IMG/VR virus record: IMGVR_UViG_3300021431_000080
Coordinates: 4,460 to 68,459 of that record
Reading direction: 5' to 3' (one strand)
DNA from: a virus
Lineage: Duplodnaviria > Heunggongvirae > Uroviricota > Caudoviricetes
DNA: 64,000 nt
Shown here: one piece after another, positions 27,959-38,300 of the stretch
How the letters are laid out: each line of letters starts with the position of its first letter
Numbering within the stretch: position 1 is the first letter of the stretch
The notes under the pieces: model-generated
What the model was told of the DNA's origin: nothing
Seen by the model: the letters and a program-made list of their open reading frames with translations, nothing else
Database searches by the model: none
Made by a program: the position numbers and the translations under genes

Positions 27959-28678
27959 TCATAGCTTGTGTGAGGGGATCTGTGCTGTGTTGTAATCTTG
28001 TGCAAGTTCTGGATATTCCCTCATTATTTTATTCCTTGTTAACCTGATGTCTCTCTCGTAATGAGGATTTCTTGCATATCGTTTCCTATCTTTGTTGACA
28101 AACTGCCCAGATTTCAGCAATTCGTCTACACTGACTTTTCCATCCTGAAGATAGTCCGATTTCATTATTTGTATGTATGGTTCGAAACAGTCGTCCTGTG
28201 TGTCATAAGTGACAGTTGTCCTGTCATCCCATTGACCGATTGATATCACCGAACCAGTTCTCTGTGCTCTCGGATCAGTTCCGAAGTGTGATTCGCATTG
28301 CATCTGGGCGAGCATCAACGGAAGATCGAAATTGTGCTTGTAGCATAGATATACGACGTTCTCAGGATTGAATCTGATATTGTCTATCGATTTCCCATTT
28401 CTTTTTAGGTTGGTGTCAATAAGACTGATAACGGAGTTCAATTTCTTGAGGAACAGGTCGTAATCTGATTTTTCCATACCATACGGATTGTCAGCTTCCT
28501 GTCTGTGTTCCGCATTATGCTTGTTTACAGCAGTGTCTATGCCCTTGACACCACCTATGACCATACCTCCAGCGAGAACATAAGGAAGAATCTTCCTGTA
28601 GTTTATAGCTTCGAGAAGAGCATCCTGACCGTATTTCGACACAAGATCCTCGATTGTGTCTTTGTCCTTCCTGTCCAT
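27959..28678 (-). CDS. Lysozyme-like peptidoglycan hydrolase (glucosaminidase/GH73-like) with KYG leader and hydrophobic segment
   Basis: LMLAQMQCESHFGT catalytic Glu motif, C-term RYARNPHYE (YAxDPxY-like). Confidence 0.7.
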   Translation of the reverse strand: MDRKDKDTIEDLVSKYGQDALLEAINYRKILPYVLAGGMVIGGVKGIDTAVNKHNAEHRQEADNPYGMEKSDYDLFLKKLNSVISLIDTNLKRNGKSIDNIRFNPENVVYLCYKHNFDLPLMLAQMQCESHFGTDPRAQRTGSVISIGQWDDRTTVTYDTQDDCFEPYIQIMKSDYLQDGKVSVDELLKSGQFVNKDRKRYARNPHYERDIRLTRNKIMREYPELAQDYNTAQIPSHKL

Positions 28679-28679
28679 C

Positions 28680-28910
28680 TTATTTCTGAAAGGTTGCGGA
28701 CCCCCATTCGTAGTTCACTCCGCCGATTGTGAAACCTGGTGTGAATCCATACGAAGTGGAAGCTTTGAATGTTCCAGATGATTTGTATGCGTTGTCGAGA
28801 TCCTTCATCATCGCTCCAAGAGATCCTGGCTGGTTAGGATTGAGGTTTCCCTGAGGGATGAGTCTTCCACAACCAACATCTACAGGTGTCATATCATTGC
28901 TGTTTTTCAT
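28680..28910 (-). CDS. Small hypothetical late protein
   Basis: ATG at 28910, 76 aa, downstream of GATAAATA and upstream of the lysozyme. Confidence 0.5.
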   Translation of the reverse strand: MKNSNDMTPVDVGCGRLIPQGNLNPNQPGSLGAMMKDLDNAYKSSGTFKASTSYGFTPGFTIGGVNYEWGSATFQK

Positions 28911-28931
28911 AAAAAACAATTTTCCTTTTTC

Positions 28932-28939
28932 TATTTATC
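28932..28939 (-). promoter_or_regulatory. Class III late motif before the lysozyme operon
   Basis: TGATAAATA. Confidence 0.6.
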
Positions 28940-28950
28940 AAAAAAATCAG

Positions 28951-28960
28951 TATCTTTGCA
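28951..28960 (+). promoter_or_regulatory. Class I: Bacteroidota sigmaA -7 element before ligA
   Basis: AAAAAATCAG TATCTTTGCA matches TAnnTTTG. Confidence 0.8.
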
Positions 28961-28981
28961 GTAGAAAACACATTTTCTGAG

Positions 28982-31072
28982 ATGGATAAAATTCAAAAAA
29001 TAAAGGAACTTGTTGATCTTCTTAACGAAGCGAACCATGAATATTATGTTTTGAACAATCCTAAGTTGATGTCTGACTATGATTTCGACATGAAGTTGAA
29101 GGAACTTGAGGTTCTGGAGAAAGAGACGGGATACATTCTCCCTTATTCTCCTACACAGAGGGTTGGATCAGATCTTCAGGACGGGTTCAAGGAAGTCCAG
29201 AGAAAAAGGATAATGGGTTCGATTGCAAATTGCTACGACAGGAACGAACTGAAATCTTGGCTCGAAAAGTTCGGAGACACTGTTATCATAGCTGAACCGA
29301 AGTACGACGGAAGCTCATGTTCTATAATATATAAGAACGGTATATTTACACAGGCATCGACACGAGGCTCTGGATATTCGGGTTCTGATATAACACTGAA
29401 CGTCAAGACTATCGGAAATGTTCCGTTGAAACTTTCATTTGACGATAACCTTCCTATTCCAGAGTATATAGAGGTGAGAGGTGAGGTGCTTCTTCCTAAA
29501 TCCGAACTCAAAAGGATAAATGCTGAGAGGGAATCACAGGGACTTGAACCTTTCGCCAACGAGAGAAATGCTGCCGCAGGATCATTGAAGCAGCTTGATC
29601 CTTCAGTTACAGCTTCAAGAAAACTTATTTTTAAGCCATATGGAGTATATAGCGAAAGTTTGACATTTTCGGAGAATCTTCTTGGTACACAGAAGGATAT
29701 GCTCGATATGGCTTATTCTTTTGGTTTCGGTAAGCCTTATTACAGGCTTTTCAGAGCCAACGACTATGAGTCAATAGACGCTTTCCTCGACGAGTTCGAG
29801 AACGAATATCTGAAGACACAGGATTTCTGTATGGATGGGTGTGTGATAAAGATAAACGATTTTTCCAAGCAGGAGGAACTCGGATACACACAGAAGGTTC
29901 CACATTGGGCGAAGGCTTTCAAGTTCAAGCAGGAGCAACAGTCGACCAAACTCAAGGGAATCATACTTCAGATGGGAATGTCTGGTCAGCTTGGTTTCGT
30001 AGCAGATTTGGAACCGATAGAGATAGATGGCACGGTCGTGTCGAGAGCCACTTTGAACAATATTGATTTTATACGTGAACTTGACATACAGATAAACGAT
30101 TATGTTTATGTTACCAAAGGCGGAGCGGTTATTCCAGGTATTACGGGTGTCGATTACGAGAGAACTCTTCGTGAGAACTGTGATGTGAAGCCGTTCGACG
30201 AACCTCAGATTTGTCCGTTCTGTGGAAACCCACTTTCTCGCAAGATAGCAGGTGGTGCCCATCTATACTGCACAAATCCTGAGTGTGAGGAGAGATGTAT
30301 TCAGAAACTCAACCATTTTGTTAAGAAAGAGTGTATGGACATTGACGGATTGTCCGAGAAGACTCTGAGGAAACTTTTTGAGGCTGGGGTAGTCAGGGAC
30401 TGGAAGGATCTCGTACTGTGTGAGAAGATTGATCTGTATTCGGCTGGTCTTGGTCCGAAAGTTTCGGAGAAAATAGTCGACAACATCAAGAAATCCATTG
30501 ATGAACTTGGACCAGAAAGGACACTTGTATCACTCGGCATTCCCATGATTGGAAAAGTTTCCGCTCAGAAGATAATGGAACAATATGAAAGTCTGCCTGC
30601 CATATGGGAGGCTTTTTCGAGGGGGGATTTGCATGTAATGGGGATAGGTGATGTTGCAAACGAATGTTTCGCTAAATACATAGATAATAACACAGATGAG
30701 TTCCTTGACGCTATAGAATTCCTTCCGAATAAGAAAAAGGAAACACCTAATGACAATAAGGAAAGCGATTCTCTTGCTGGATTGAAAATCCTTGCAACGG
30801 GAAACCTGAAGAATTTCAGCAGGGATGGAATCAAGAAATCTGTTGTAGGTAATGGTGGAACATATGCTTCTGGAGTGAGTGGAAAACTTGACATTCTTAT
30901 CGTCGGTTCAGACGCAGGTCCAAGCAAGTTGTCAAAAGCTAAGGAACTTGGGATAAGGATGATCGACGAGGATGAATACATAAGGATGATTGGAGGTATA
31001 GTTGCCCAGCAGGAAGAAACAAACATTGAAAAATCAATAGAGTACACCGACATCTCGGTTCCTCTTTTCTGA
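28982..31072 (+). CDS. ligA: NAD-dependent DNA ligase
   Basis: EPKYDG adenylation motif, EVRGE, NERNAAAGSLKQ, C4 zinc finger CPFC...C...C, C-terminal BRCT. Confidence 0.95.
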   Translation: MDKIQKIKELVDLLNEANHEYYVLNNPKLMSDYDFDMKLKELEVLEKETGYILPYSPTQRVGSDLQDGFKEVQRKRIMGSIANCYDRNELKSWLEKFGDTVIIAEPKYDGSSCSIIYKNGIFTQASTRGSGYSGSDITLNVKTIGNVPLKLSFDDNLPIPEYIEVRGEVLLPKSELKRINAERESQGLEPFANERNAAAGSLKQLDPSVTASRKLIFKPYGVYSESLTFSENLLGTQKDMLDMAYSFGFGKPYYRLFRANDYESIDAFLDEFENEYLKTQDFCMDGCVIKINDFSKQEELGYTQKVPHWAKAFKFKQEQQSTKLKGIILQMGMSGQLGFVADLEPIEIDGTVVSRATLNNIDFIRELDIQINDYVYVTKGGAVIPGITGVDYERTLRENCDVKPFDEPQICPFCGNPLSRKIAGGAHLYCTNPECEERCIQKLNHFVKKECMDIDGLSEKTLRKLFEAGVVRDWKDLVLCEKIDLYSAGLGPKVSEKIVDNIKKSIDELGPERTLVSLGIPMIGKVSAQKIMEQYESLPAIWEAFSRGDLHVMGIGDVANECFAKYIDNNTDEFLDAIEFLPNKKKETPNDNKESDSLAGLKILATGNLKNFSRDGIKKSVVGNGGTYASGVSGKLDILIVGSDAGPSKLSKAKELGIRMIDEDEYIRMIGGIVAQQEETNIEKSIEYTDISVPLF

Positions 31073-31081
31073 AAAAATCCG

Positions 31082-31091
31082 TATCTTTGCA
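31082..31091 (+). promoter_or_regulatory. Class I promoter before the DinG-sigma operon
   Basis: AAAAAATCCG TATCTTTGCA, 3 nt before ATG. Confidence 0.8.
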
Positions 31092-31094
31092 TTA

Positions 31095-32861
31095 ATGAAA
31101 GAGAAAATTGAATTAGACAGGATAGATAAACAGGTAGAAGCGGCAGCATTAAGACATTATGGATCGACATTTAGGTTCAGACCGAACCAGAAGGAGGCAA
31201 TTGTAAACACAATATTCAATTGGCTTACAGGTAATACAACAGATGTGATTCTTCAAGGTCCGACAGGATCCGGTAAATCGGCTATAGGTATGCTTGTTGC
31301 GGCTGTTCTTTCTGAGGATTATGGGAAGACGGGATACATTGTAATAAGCGATTTATCTCTTATACAGCAATACGAAAGGGATTGTGAGAAGTTTTTCAAT
31401 AACTATGCTGTATTAAAGGGACAGCAGACATACATGTGCAGTCAGAATGGATTGACTTTCAATAATGGAACATGCAAATTGAGCGGATGCAAGTCATATG
31501 GTGATATATATAGTAAATTTCCTGTATGCTCTGAGGAATGTGAGTATCTTCTTGAGAGAAGGAAGGCAATAAAATCCCCTGTTGTTGTATGCACATACTC
31601 TTTTTGGCTTATCCAACAGAATGTAGTGAAACCAAAAGTAGACGGACCAGTTCCGTTTGACACAAGGGATTTTGTTATATGTGATGAGGCACACAAACTT
31701 GTCAGTATTGTGCAGTCTCACTTTAGTCCAGCCCTTAGTGAAAGCGACACCGGAAAGTTCAGGAGCATTATAGAAGCGGCAAGTGAGAATGACATTTCTA
31801 CAGTAGATAATCTGTCTATGATAAGGGAAAGAATCAAATTTTGTGAGCGCAATGATGTTATTCTTGATCTTTTAAGGGAATATGTAGATGCTCTTGCTGT
31901 TGTTGTGGATGCAGCGGATGTAGTGAAAAGGGATATCGGAGAAAGGCTTGAATCTGGGGAGAAAGTCAGCAAAAGCGACAGAGCGCTTGTACACAATGCA
32001 GATTTTATAGAGGATCACTATGAAAATTTCAAAGAGTATGTAAAGATTATAGACAAGTCCGGTATTTCTGCTATGGTAAAGAACCCAAACGGTGACAAGA
32101 TATTGTTCAACTGTATAGATGAAAGCTACTTGATGGGTAAGTATTTTCACTCGAACTGTGGATACAAGATGTACATGTCCGCCACGATAGGCGATCCTCA
32201 GGCTTATGCTAACGACATATCGGCAAGCGGTTTCGTCAGCATAGACATCCCTTCCACTTTCGATTTCACACAGTCCCCTATATTCTATGTGAACAATTAC
32301 AAGCTCTCGTATAATGACAAGAAATATACCTTCCCGAAGATTGTGGATATGATAATATCCGTAATAAATATGTACGCTGGAAAAAGAGGCATTGTGCAGA
32401 CTGGAAGCTACGAGTTCGCGAAACAGTTGATTGAGTTCGTACCAGACGACATAAGGAGAAGGATGATAATATACGACGGATCAAAAGAAAAGGACGATGC
32501 TATAAGTCTTTTCAAGTTGAAGGAGGACGGAATCCTTGTCGGTCCGACTCTCGTAGAAGGTCTGTCGTTCGACGATGATCTATGCAGGTTCCAGATAGTG
32601 ATGAAGGTTCCTTATCCGTCGCTTGCAGACAAGTTCGTCAAGGCTAAACAGGCGCTGAAACCAGAATGGTACTCAAATACAACAGCAATATCAATCCTGC
32701 AGGGTGTTGGTAGGGGGATAAGAAGTGAGAAGGATTGGTGCGTTACATTTATACTTGACGGCTGCTTCGCATATCTTATGCAGAAATCATATAAGATGTT
32801 TCCAAAGGAATTCATGAATAGAATAAAAACAATAACGCCGGGTGTTCTCGGTTGCAACTAA
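31095..32861 (+). CDS. DinG/XPD-family SF2 helicase
   Basis: GPTGSGKS, Cys cluster (FeS-like), DEAH, MSAT, EGLSF, QGVGRGIRSEKD. Confidence 0.85.
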   Translation: MKEKIELDRIDKQVEAAALRHYGSTFRFRPNQKEAIVNTIFNWLTGNTTDVILQGPTGSGKSAIGMLVAAVLSEDYGKTGYIVISDLSLIQQYERDCEKFFNNYAVLKGQQTYMCSQNGLTFNNGTCKLSGCKSYGDIYSKFPVCSEECEYLLERRKAIKSPVVVCTYSFWLIQQNVVKPKVDGPVPFDTRDFVICDEAHKLVSIVQSHFSPALSESDTGKFRSIIEAASENDISTVDNLSMIRERIKFCERNDVILDLLREYVDALAVVVDAADVVKRDIGERLESGEKVSKSDRALVHNADFIEDHYENFKEYVKIIDKSGISAMVKNPNGDKILFNCIDESYLMGKYFHSNCGYKMYMSATIGDPQAYANDISASGFVSIDIPSTFDFTQSPIFYVNNYKLSYNDKKYTFPKIVDMIISVINMYAGKRGIVQTGSYEFAKQLIEFVPDDIRRRMIIYDGSKEKDDAISLFKLKEDGILVGPTLVEGLSFDDDLCRFQIVMKVPYPSLADKFVKAKQALKPEWYSNTTAISILQGVGRGIRSEKDWCVTFILDGCFAYLMQKSYKMFPKEFMNRIKTITPGVLGCN

Positions 32862-32872
32862 ATATACATATC

Positions 32873-33190
32873 ATGGCCAAATCTAATGAAATGCCTGAAC
32901 CTCAGGTGCTTGATTACAATTCTTATTACAAGGTTACTCCATTGTTTATCAATGATCTAAAGATTGTTTTTAATAATGGAAATGTGGCATATTGGGATGC
33001 AAAGGAAATGTTTGACATCATAACAAAACATAACGGTATTCTCCCAGCTGCGATACTTAATGAGTTTATCAGGAAATTAGGTAACTTCCCTTACAAGGTC
33101 GTAGCGGGCATAATGGGTGTAATCGATAAAAGCGAGAATTTCGCAAAGTATTTTGAACTTATCGATCTTAATAAAGAAAAGGTTAAATGA
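32873..33190 (+). CDS. Hypothetical protein
   Basis: ATG at 32873; ATGA-coupled to the sigma factor gene. Confidence 0.6.
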   Translation: MAKSNEMPEPQVLDYNSYYKVTPLFINDLKIVFNNGNVAYWDAKEMFDIITKHNGILPAAILNEFIRKLGNFPYKVVAGIMGVIDKSENFAKYFELIDLNKEKVK

Positions 33191-33939
33191 TGCAAAATGG
33201 GTTTGATATATTCAATCTGCCGCCTGCTACAAGGAGGAAAGAGAGGGAGAAAGCAGAAAAAGATATCAATAAACTTGCTTTGATGTTTGTCTCTGATCCT
33301 ACAGAAATCAACTTTGAGAGGTTGATGAGGCGTGTAAATTGGGGCTTGAGATCTTTTATGTACAATATACTGAAAGATGATTCTGCTGTTGATGAATGTA
33401 TGTCACGCACAATGGAAAATGTGTATTACAAGAGGGATACCTTTGATGAAAATAAAGGTCATTTCTCTACGTGGCTATACAAGATAGCGTACCATAATTG
33501 TATAAAGTACAAGAGAGGTGAATTTGGAAACGATATAAAGGATATTGTACCGACTGATTTTTCGGAGATATATGATTCGTATGTGGATATAAACGATTCG
33601 AAATCTGAGAATCCTCCGATAGACACCGAATTTATAGACACATTTGACATGGTGTATGAGAACGGTGAATATAGGATGTACGGAAGGAGCCAGATTATAA
33701 GCGAAATCTACGACGCTTCGATACAGTGCATGGACAAGCTTCCTGACAATCTGAGGATTGTGATGAAGGAGAGATATATAAATATGAAGAAGGTTGATGA
33801 TATAGCTATAGACAATAAAATTCCTGTAACTTCTGTAAAAAACTGGCTCAGGAAAGGAATAATGGCGCTCAATGATGAATTGAAAACGAGTGTTCCAGAT
33901 CTGTATAAAATGTACATTGACTTGAAAACGGAGAAATAA
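33187..33939 (+). CDS. RNA polymerase sigma factor, sigma70/ECF-like
   Basis: Region 2 (..YY...FDENKGHFSTWLYKIAYHNCI) and region 4 HTH (LPDNLR.VM..RY....IA....IPVTSVKNWLRKG). Confidence 0.85.
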   Translation: MMQNGFDIFNLPPATRRKEREKAEKDINKLALMFVSDPTEINFERLMRRVNWGLRSFMYNILKDDSAVDECMSRTMENVYYKRDTFDENKGHFSTWLYKIAYHNCIKYKRGEFGNDIKDIVPTDFSEIYDSYVDINDSKSENPPIDTEFIDTFDMVYENGEYRMYGRSQIISEIYDASIQCMDKLPDNLRIVMKERYINMKKVDDIAIDNKIPVTSVKNWLRKGIMALNDELKTSVPDLYKMYIDLKTEK

Positions 33940-33942
33940 AAT

Positions 33943-34380
33943 ATGGGAATGATTCAATCTTATAGGGATTTCAAGAATTTTATCCAGTTCAAGAAGGATG
34001 TGAAATCAGAATTGAAGCGTGCTAGCTCAAAGATGACGCGGTTCAATATAAAGAGTAACAGACTTGGAAACATCCTTTATGTTCAGATAAACTGCACTGA
34101 TGCTGATTTGATGAACAATGACTATGATTATGATAGGATGCTCATGATGAGAATGAAGCCGATTGTGACTTACCTCAGTCAGGAACTCGGGTGGGGAGAA
34201 TACTTGGTTCCGCAGATCAACAACTTTGTTGATGAGAATGGTGAACCGACTCTTTCATACGGTGTCCTGTTCGTGTTCACTGGATATAGTCTTACGATGA
34301 CGAAGTTTCTTCTGTACACTATATTCAACATAGCATTGGTTGCAACAGGCATATGGGCTTTGGTACACTACGTAATCTAA
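33943..34380 (+). CDS. Hypothetical protein with C-terminal transmembrane helix
   Basis: 145 aa ending FLLYTIFNIALVATGIWALVHYVI. Confidence 0.65.
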   Translation: MGMIQSYRDFKNFIQFKKDVKSELKRASSKMTRFNIKSNRLGNILYVQINCTDADLMNNDYDYDRMLMMRMKPIVTYLSQELGWGEYLVPQINNFVDENGEPTLSYGVLFVFTGYSLTMTKFLLYTIFNIALVATGIWALVHYVI

Positions 34381-34595
34381 AAGTATACAGGAATATCTAC
34401 GTCAAGGGATATAAAAGGTTTCCTCACCAGAAACTTACAGGGAGAAACTGTCTCGTATACTCTGGTGATATAATCCTTGGTGTAGAGGAGCTTCCAGATG
34501 AATATGACAAGAAGAAAGACTTGTATCTGAACTGTGAATGTGATTTTTCAAAATACAGAAACGTATACAAAATTAAAACTAAAGATAAAAAGTAG
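34353..34595 (+). CDS. Small hypothetical protein
   Basis: 80 aa fills an otherwise empty gap; one of only two TAG-ended genes. Confidence 0.5.
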   Translation: MGFGTLRNLKVYRNIYVKGYKRFPHQKLTGRNCLVYSGDIILGVEELPDEYDKKKDLYLNCECDFSKYRNVYKIKTKDKK

Positions 34596-34597
34596 AC

Positions 34598-35281
34598 ATG
34601 TCTAAAAAAGAAGTAAAAGACGCAGCAAAGGCTGCAGAGATGCAGGAGCAGGAGCGCAGGAAAGCAATCGCTGACTTCAATGTGAACCAGATGGGAAAGA
34701 TGTGGATTGATCCCGACAAGATTCCAACAGACGAAGACATCGCTGCCGCAAAAAAGGATTTTGAGGAGTTCACAAAAGGTCTTCAGGAGAAACATGATTT
34801 CCTCATCGCCGACAAACCAAATGCACTGAGGGTTGCCAAGTTTATGATGGATGTCATCGACAGAGCACCTTGGAAAGGTATGTATTATGTGGGTATCCTA
34901 AGATTCCACGCCCAGATGGAGGACTTCATCAAGGATTTCGACGAGAACAACCCTGTGGATCTCGTTCTCGACTATGGAGCGATGCAGTTTGCCTACATCA
35001 TGTTTAAGGATTTCGGCGGCACAGGCATCGAGTCGGCCAACTGGATGGCTGAGAACAACGAGCAGTTTGTTCCTATTCTTGACACGCTTCATGAACACAA
35101 TGACTGGTACGAGTTCCAAGTGAGGAAGTCGGAGAACCTGAAGCAGAGATGGGCTGCAATGGAGCAGGGATACTTCCTGACCATTCTCGAAGGAAACGAC
35201 GAGGACACCATCGATCCTTCAACTGTCGCAGGAAACGACGATGGCACCGAAACCGTTTCTGAGGAAACTGCACAGGAGTAA
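34598..35281 (+). CDS. Hypothetical protein
   Basis: 227 aa helical protein with acidic tail, followed by a terminator. Confidence 0.7.
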   Translation: MSKKEVKDAAKAAEMQEQERRKAIADFNVNQMGKMWIDPDKIPTDEDIAAAKKDFEEFTKGLQEKHDFLIADKPNALRVAKFMMDVIDRAPWKGMYYVGILRFHAQMEDFIKDFDENNPVDLVLDYGAMQFAYIMFKDFGGTGIESANWMAENNEQFVPILDTLHEHNDWYEFQVRKSENLKQRWAAMEQGYFLTILEGNDEDTIDPSTVAGNDDGTETVSEETAQE

Positions 35282-35298
35282 CGATTTGCTCAGATACG

Positions 35299-35328
35299 AA
35301 AAAGGAGGTTCATTTGAACCTCCTTTTT
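35299..35328. terminator. Bidirectional intrinsic terminator
   Basis: AAAAAGGAGGTTC ATTT GAACCTCCTTTTT between convergent genes. Confidence 0.85.
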
Positions 35329-38300
35329 CATTTGATAGTGATGGCACCGATTAGTTCTCTTGTGAATTTGTTTCCGTGTTTGTCGTAGATTGTCATGTCA
35401 ATATCGTATATTCCTTTTTCTGTTAAGTCAAGTGTCAATATTTTGTTGAAGCATTCGAAAAGAAGTTCGTGTGTGTAATTGTTCTTTTGTTTGTAGATTT
35501 TCCATGATACTGTGCAATCTTCGCTTTGTAATATGTCAAATTCTCCTATATGTGTGAATTCTTGTGAAAGTATCGGTGTTACCATCACTTTTCCGTTTGT
35601 TGTTATCACAGGCTTCCTGTATGAGTACATCGATGATAGCCCGGTAGAACTGTCGTTCCAGTATATTATTCCGTTTCTTACGTTGAAGTTCCTGAACGAC
35701 ACCGAGTACGTCGAGTCTAAATAGTATCCGAGTTCCTTGTTCACCGCAGTTTCGTCTATTGTTATCTCTCCTCTTTGATAGTTTGTTTTTTCTATGTCGT
35801 TCTTTAATATGAATTCAGAATATTCTTTGTTCGAGTGTGTAACGAACGTTTTTTTTGTGAGTTTGTTCGTTATGTTGATACTACAGTCCATATATACCAA
35901 CGGATTCCATAACGAGTCTGTACCTCCTGTTTCTTGTTTTTGTTGTTTTGTAAGGTGGAAGTCAAATTGACCGAAACCTTTTGGATTGTCCGACTTTTTT
36001 GAACCGTAAGGTCTTCTCTGATTTGATGTCCATGATTGTGAATCGTTGTATGGGCTTTCTGGTATATCTTCTTTGTCGATAAACATCAATTTGTAGTTAT
36101 CATATGGAATAAGAGATTTCACAAAAGGATATTTTAAATCGATATATCCTTTTATTTTTACTTGTTTCGATGAACTTGGTTCACATTCCAGCGACCATGC
36201 TGGAACCATGTATATGCTTATGTTTGGTTGTAAAGCATAATGCTCAAAATAACCTATGTCGTCAGGTGACAGAGAATCATCGAAGATCACTCTGTATTCA
36301 TAAAGATTGAACTTTTCTAGTTTGTTGTATTCTTTTGTCGGGAGACATACTGCAGGATACGACAAAATCGGATATTCACGCGCATCGTCATATAGAATGA
36401 TGTTCACATTTGCCAATGTTCCTATGCAGTTGTTGCATTTGTTGTCTGTTGGATCGGATGGGTTGTATGGTCTCGATACAACATTGAACTGTGAGAGGAC
36501 ATCGTCGATATACCGTATATTCGATGATGGATCTTCAAGTGTCACCCCTGGTTGAAGATGTGTCGAGTTTACAACGTCTGTGTAATAGTCCATCGAAACA
36601 AATCCTTTATTTTCATAGATGAAAGAACGTTTGATAAACGAGAACACAGTCTTGTTTTCCGGAATGTATCTGTATTTCGCAACAAGAGCGAACCTGTCTG
36701 AAAGATTGTTTAACTGGCTGTATAGGAAAGATGTTTGGTTCTTGTAGAATTCGGATTTTGAATTTTTGTCTCCGTTTGATAAGTTTCCTAATGATTCCTC
36801 TGTTATAAAATATGTTCCGTCGTCTTTCAGCACTTTCTTTTTCTGTGTATACTCATATATACACATGTTGTCCTCATCGCCTGTTATGTTTGTTATTTTC
36901 TGTACACTTTCCTGATTGATCGCTGTGCCTCTGTTTTTCTCATTTGATGTGAATGACGAATCATAGGTGTATATGCTTGTGTCTATTTCAGGAGTGACAA
37001 CATTCACTGTTTTCGTGGCTTTCGCACAGAACAAGTTGTTGTATTCATCCGATATCACAACATCCAACTCATATTCCCCCGTGTTCTGTACATTGATGGT
37101 CTTTGTCTTGTTCATGAACACGACAGATTCGGCGTTTTCCTTGTAGTGTTCGATGAAATAATCGTACCTATCGTTTGCCCTGAACCTGTTTATCGTATCT
37201 GAGTTTGATATTTTGTATTCGTATGTGTTGATTCTGCTCTCTGTATTGAATGTGGTTATGTCTATCTTCCTTGTTTTCCCGTCATAGCTGAAGTTTACGG
37301 AAACCATCCTGTCGTTCTCTGTGTCTGGGAACAACAATGATCCACTGAGTATATCAACATAGAATTCGTTTATCTTACATTTTTCCTCTGGTGCTTCCCC
37401 GTAGTTGTTTTCATTTTGTCTTGGGAAACATTTTCCAGATTCAAGAGTGAACTGCGGTGTTGTATATCCTGCAATCATGAACGTTGGTGTTCCGTCGAAT
37501 GTGTCGTTTGTAAATCTCAATCCGTATGTTGTCTCATCAAACAATATATATTGTATTTCGCTTGATTCATCTGTGTTTATTACATACTGACCTTTTTTGC
37601 TTCTTATGTTGTTCAGTACATCTCCAGATGGATCCGTCATATAGTAGTATATATACGCCTCATCCTCGTTTGTCGAAGGGGGTATAAGGATGAATTCTCC
37701 GTCTACAACATAGTCTGTTTCTTCTGTATGTTCTTCTCCGTAATAAACGTTCTGGACATGTGTATATGATCCTTTAGGATTGATCGCGATATAATCTAAT
37801 ACTTTTCCTTCGTTGTAATAATCGAAATCATATCTCCTTATCATTCCATGGTGTATCTTTATTATAGGAAGCGTCTTGAAAACAGAGTTCTTCACTTTCT
37901 TCGTTATGTCTTTTGGATCGAAGAATATTCTGTCGTTGTCTATGACAAGCTGTGGGTAGTTCGGATCTATATATTCACTATTATTGAACTTGAATGAATT
38001 GAATTTTCCTTTAGCCCTTAACTCGAACGAATCCATGTGGTTGTCGAGTTCGAATGTTTTTCCAAAACTGATTACAGAGTTGTAATCGACATACTCTATT
38101 TTAAGTTGGTTGTCTGCATACACTCCTCCGTCAAAGAATCCTTCTACAAAGTCAAAGAACGTTTTCCCTTTGAAATCACCGAATGTTTCAAATGAATTTG
38201 ATGTGTTTATGTCTACAGATATATTTGCGGAACCGTCTATGATTGTTTCTGTTTCTCTGTTGACTTTTATTGATAGCTGTTTCTCGTTTGTGTAGTCGAA

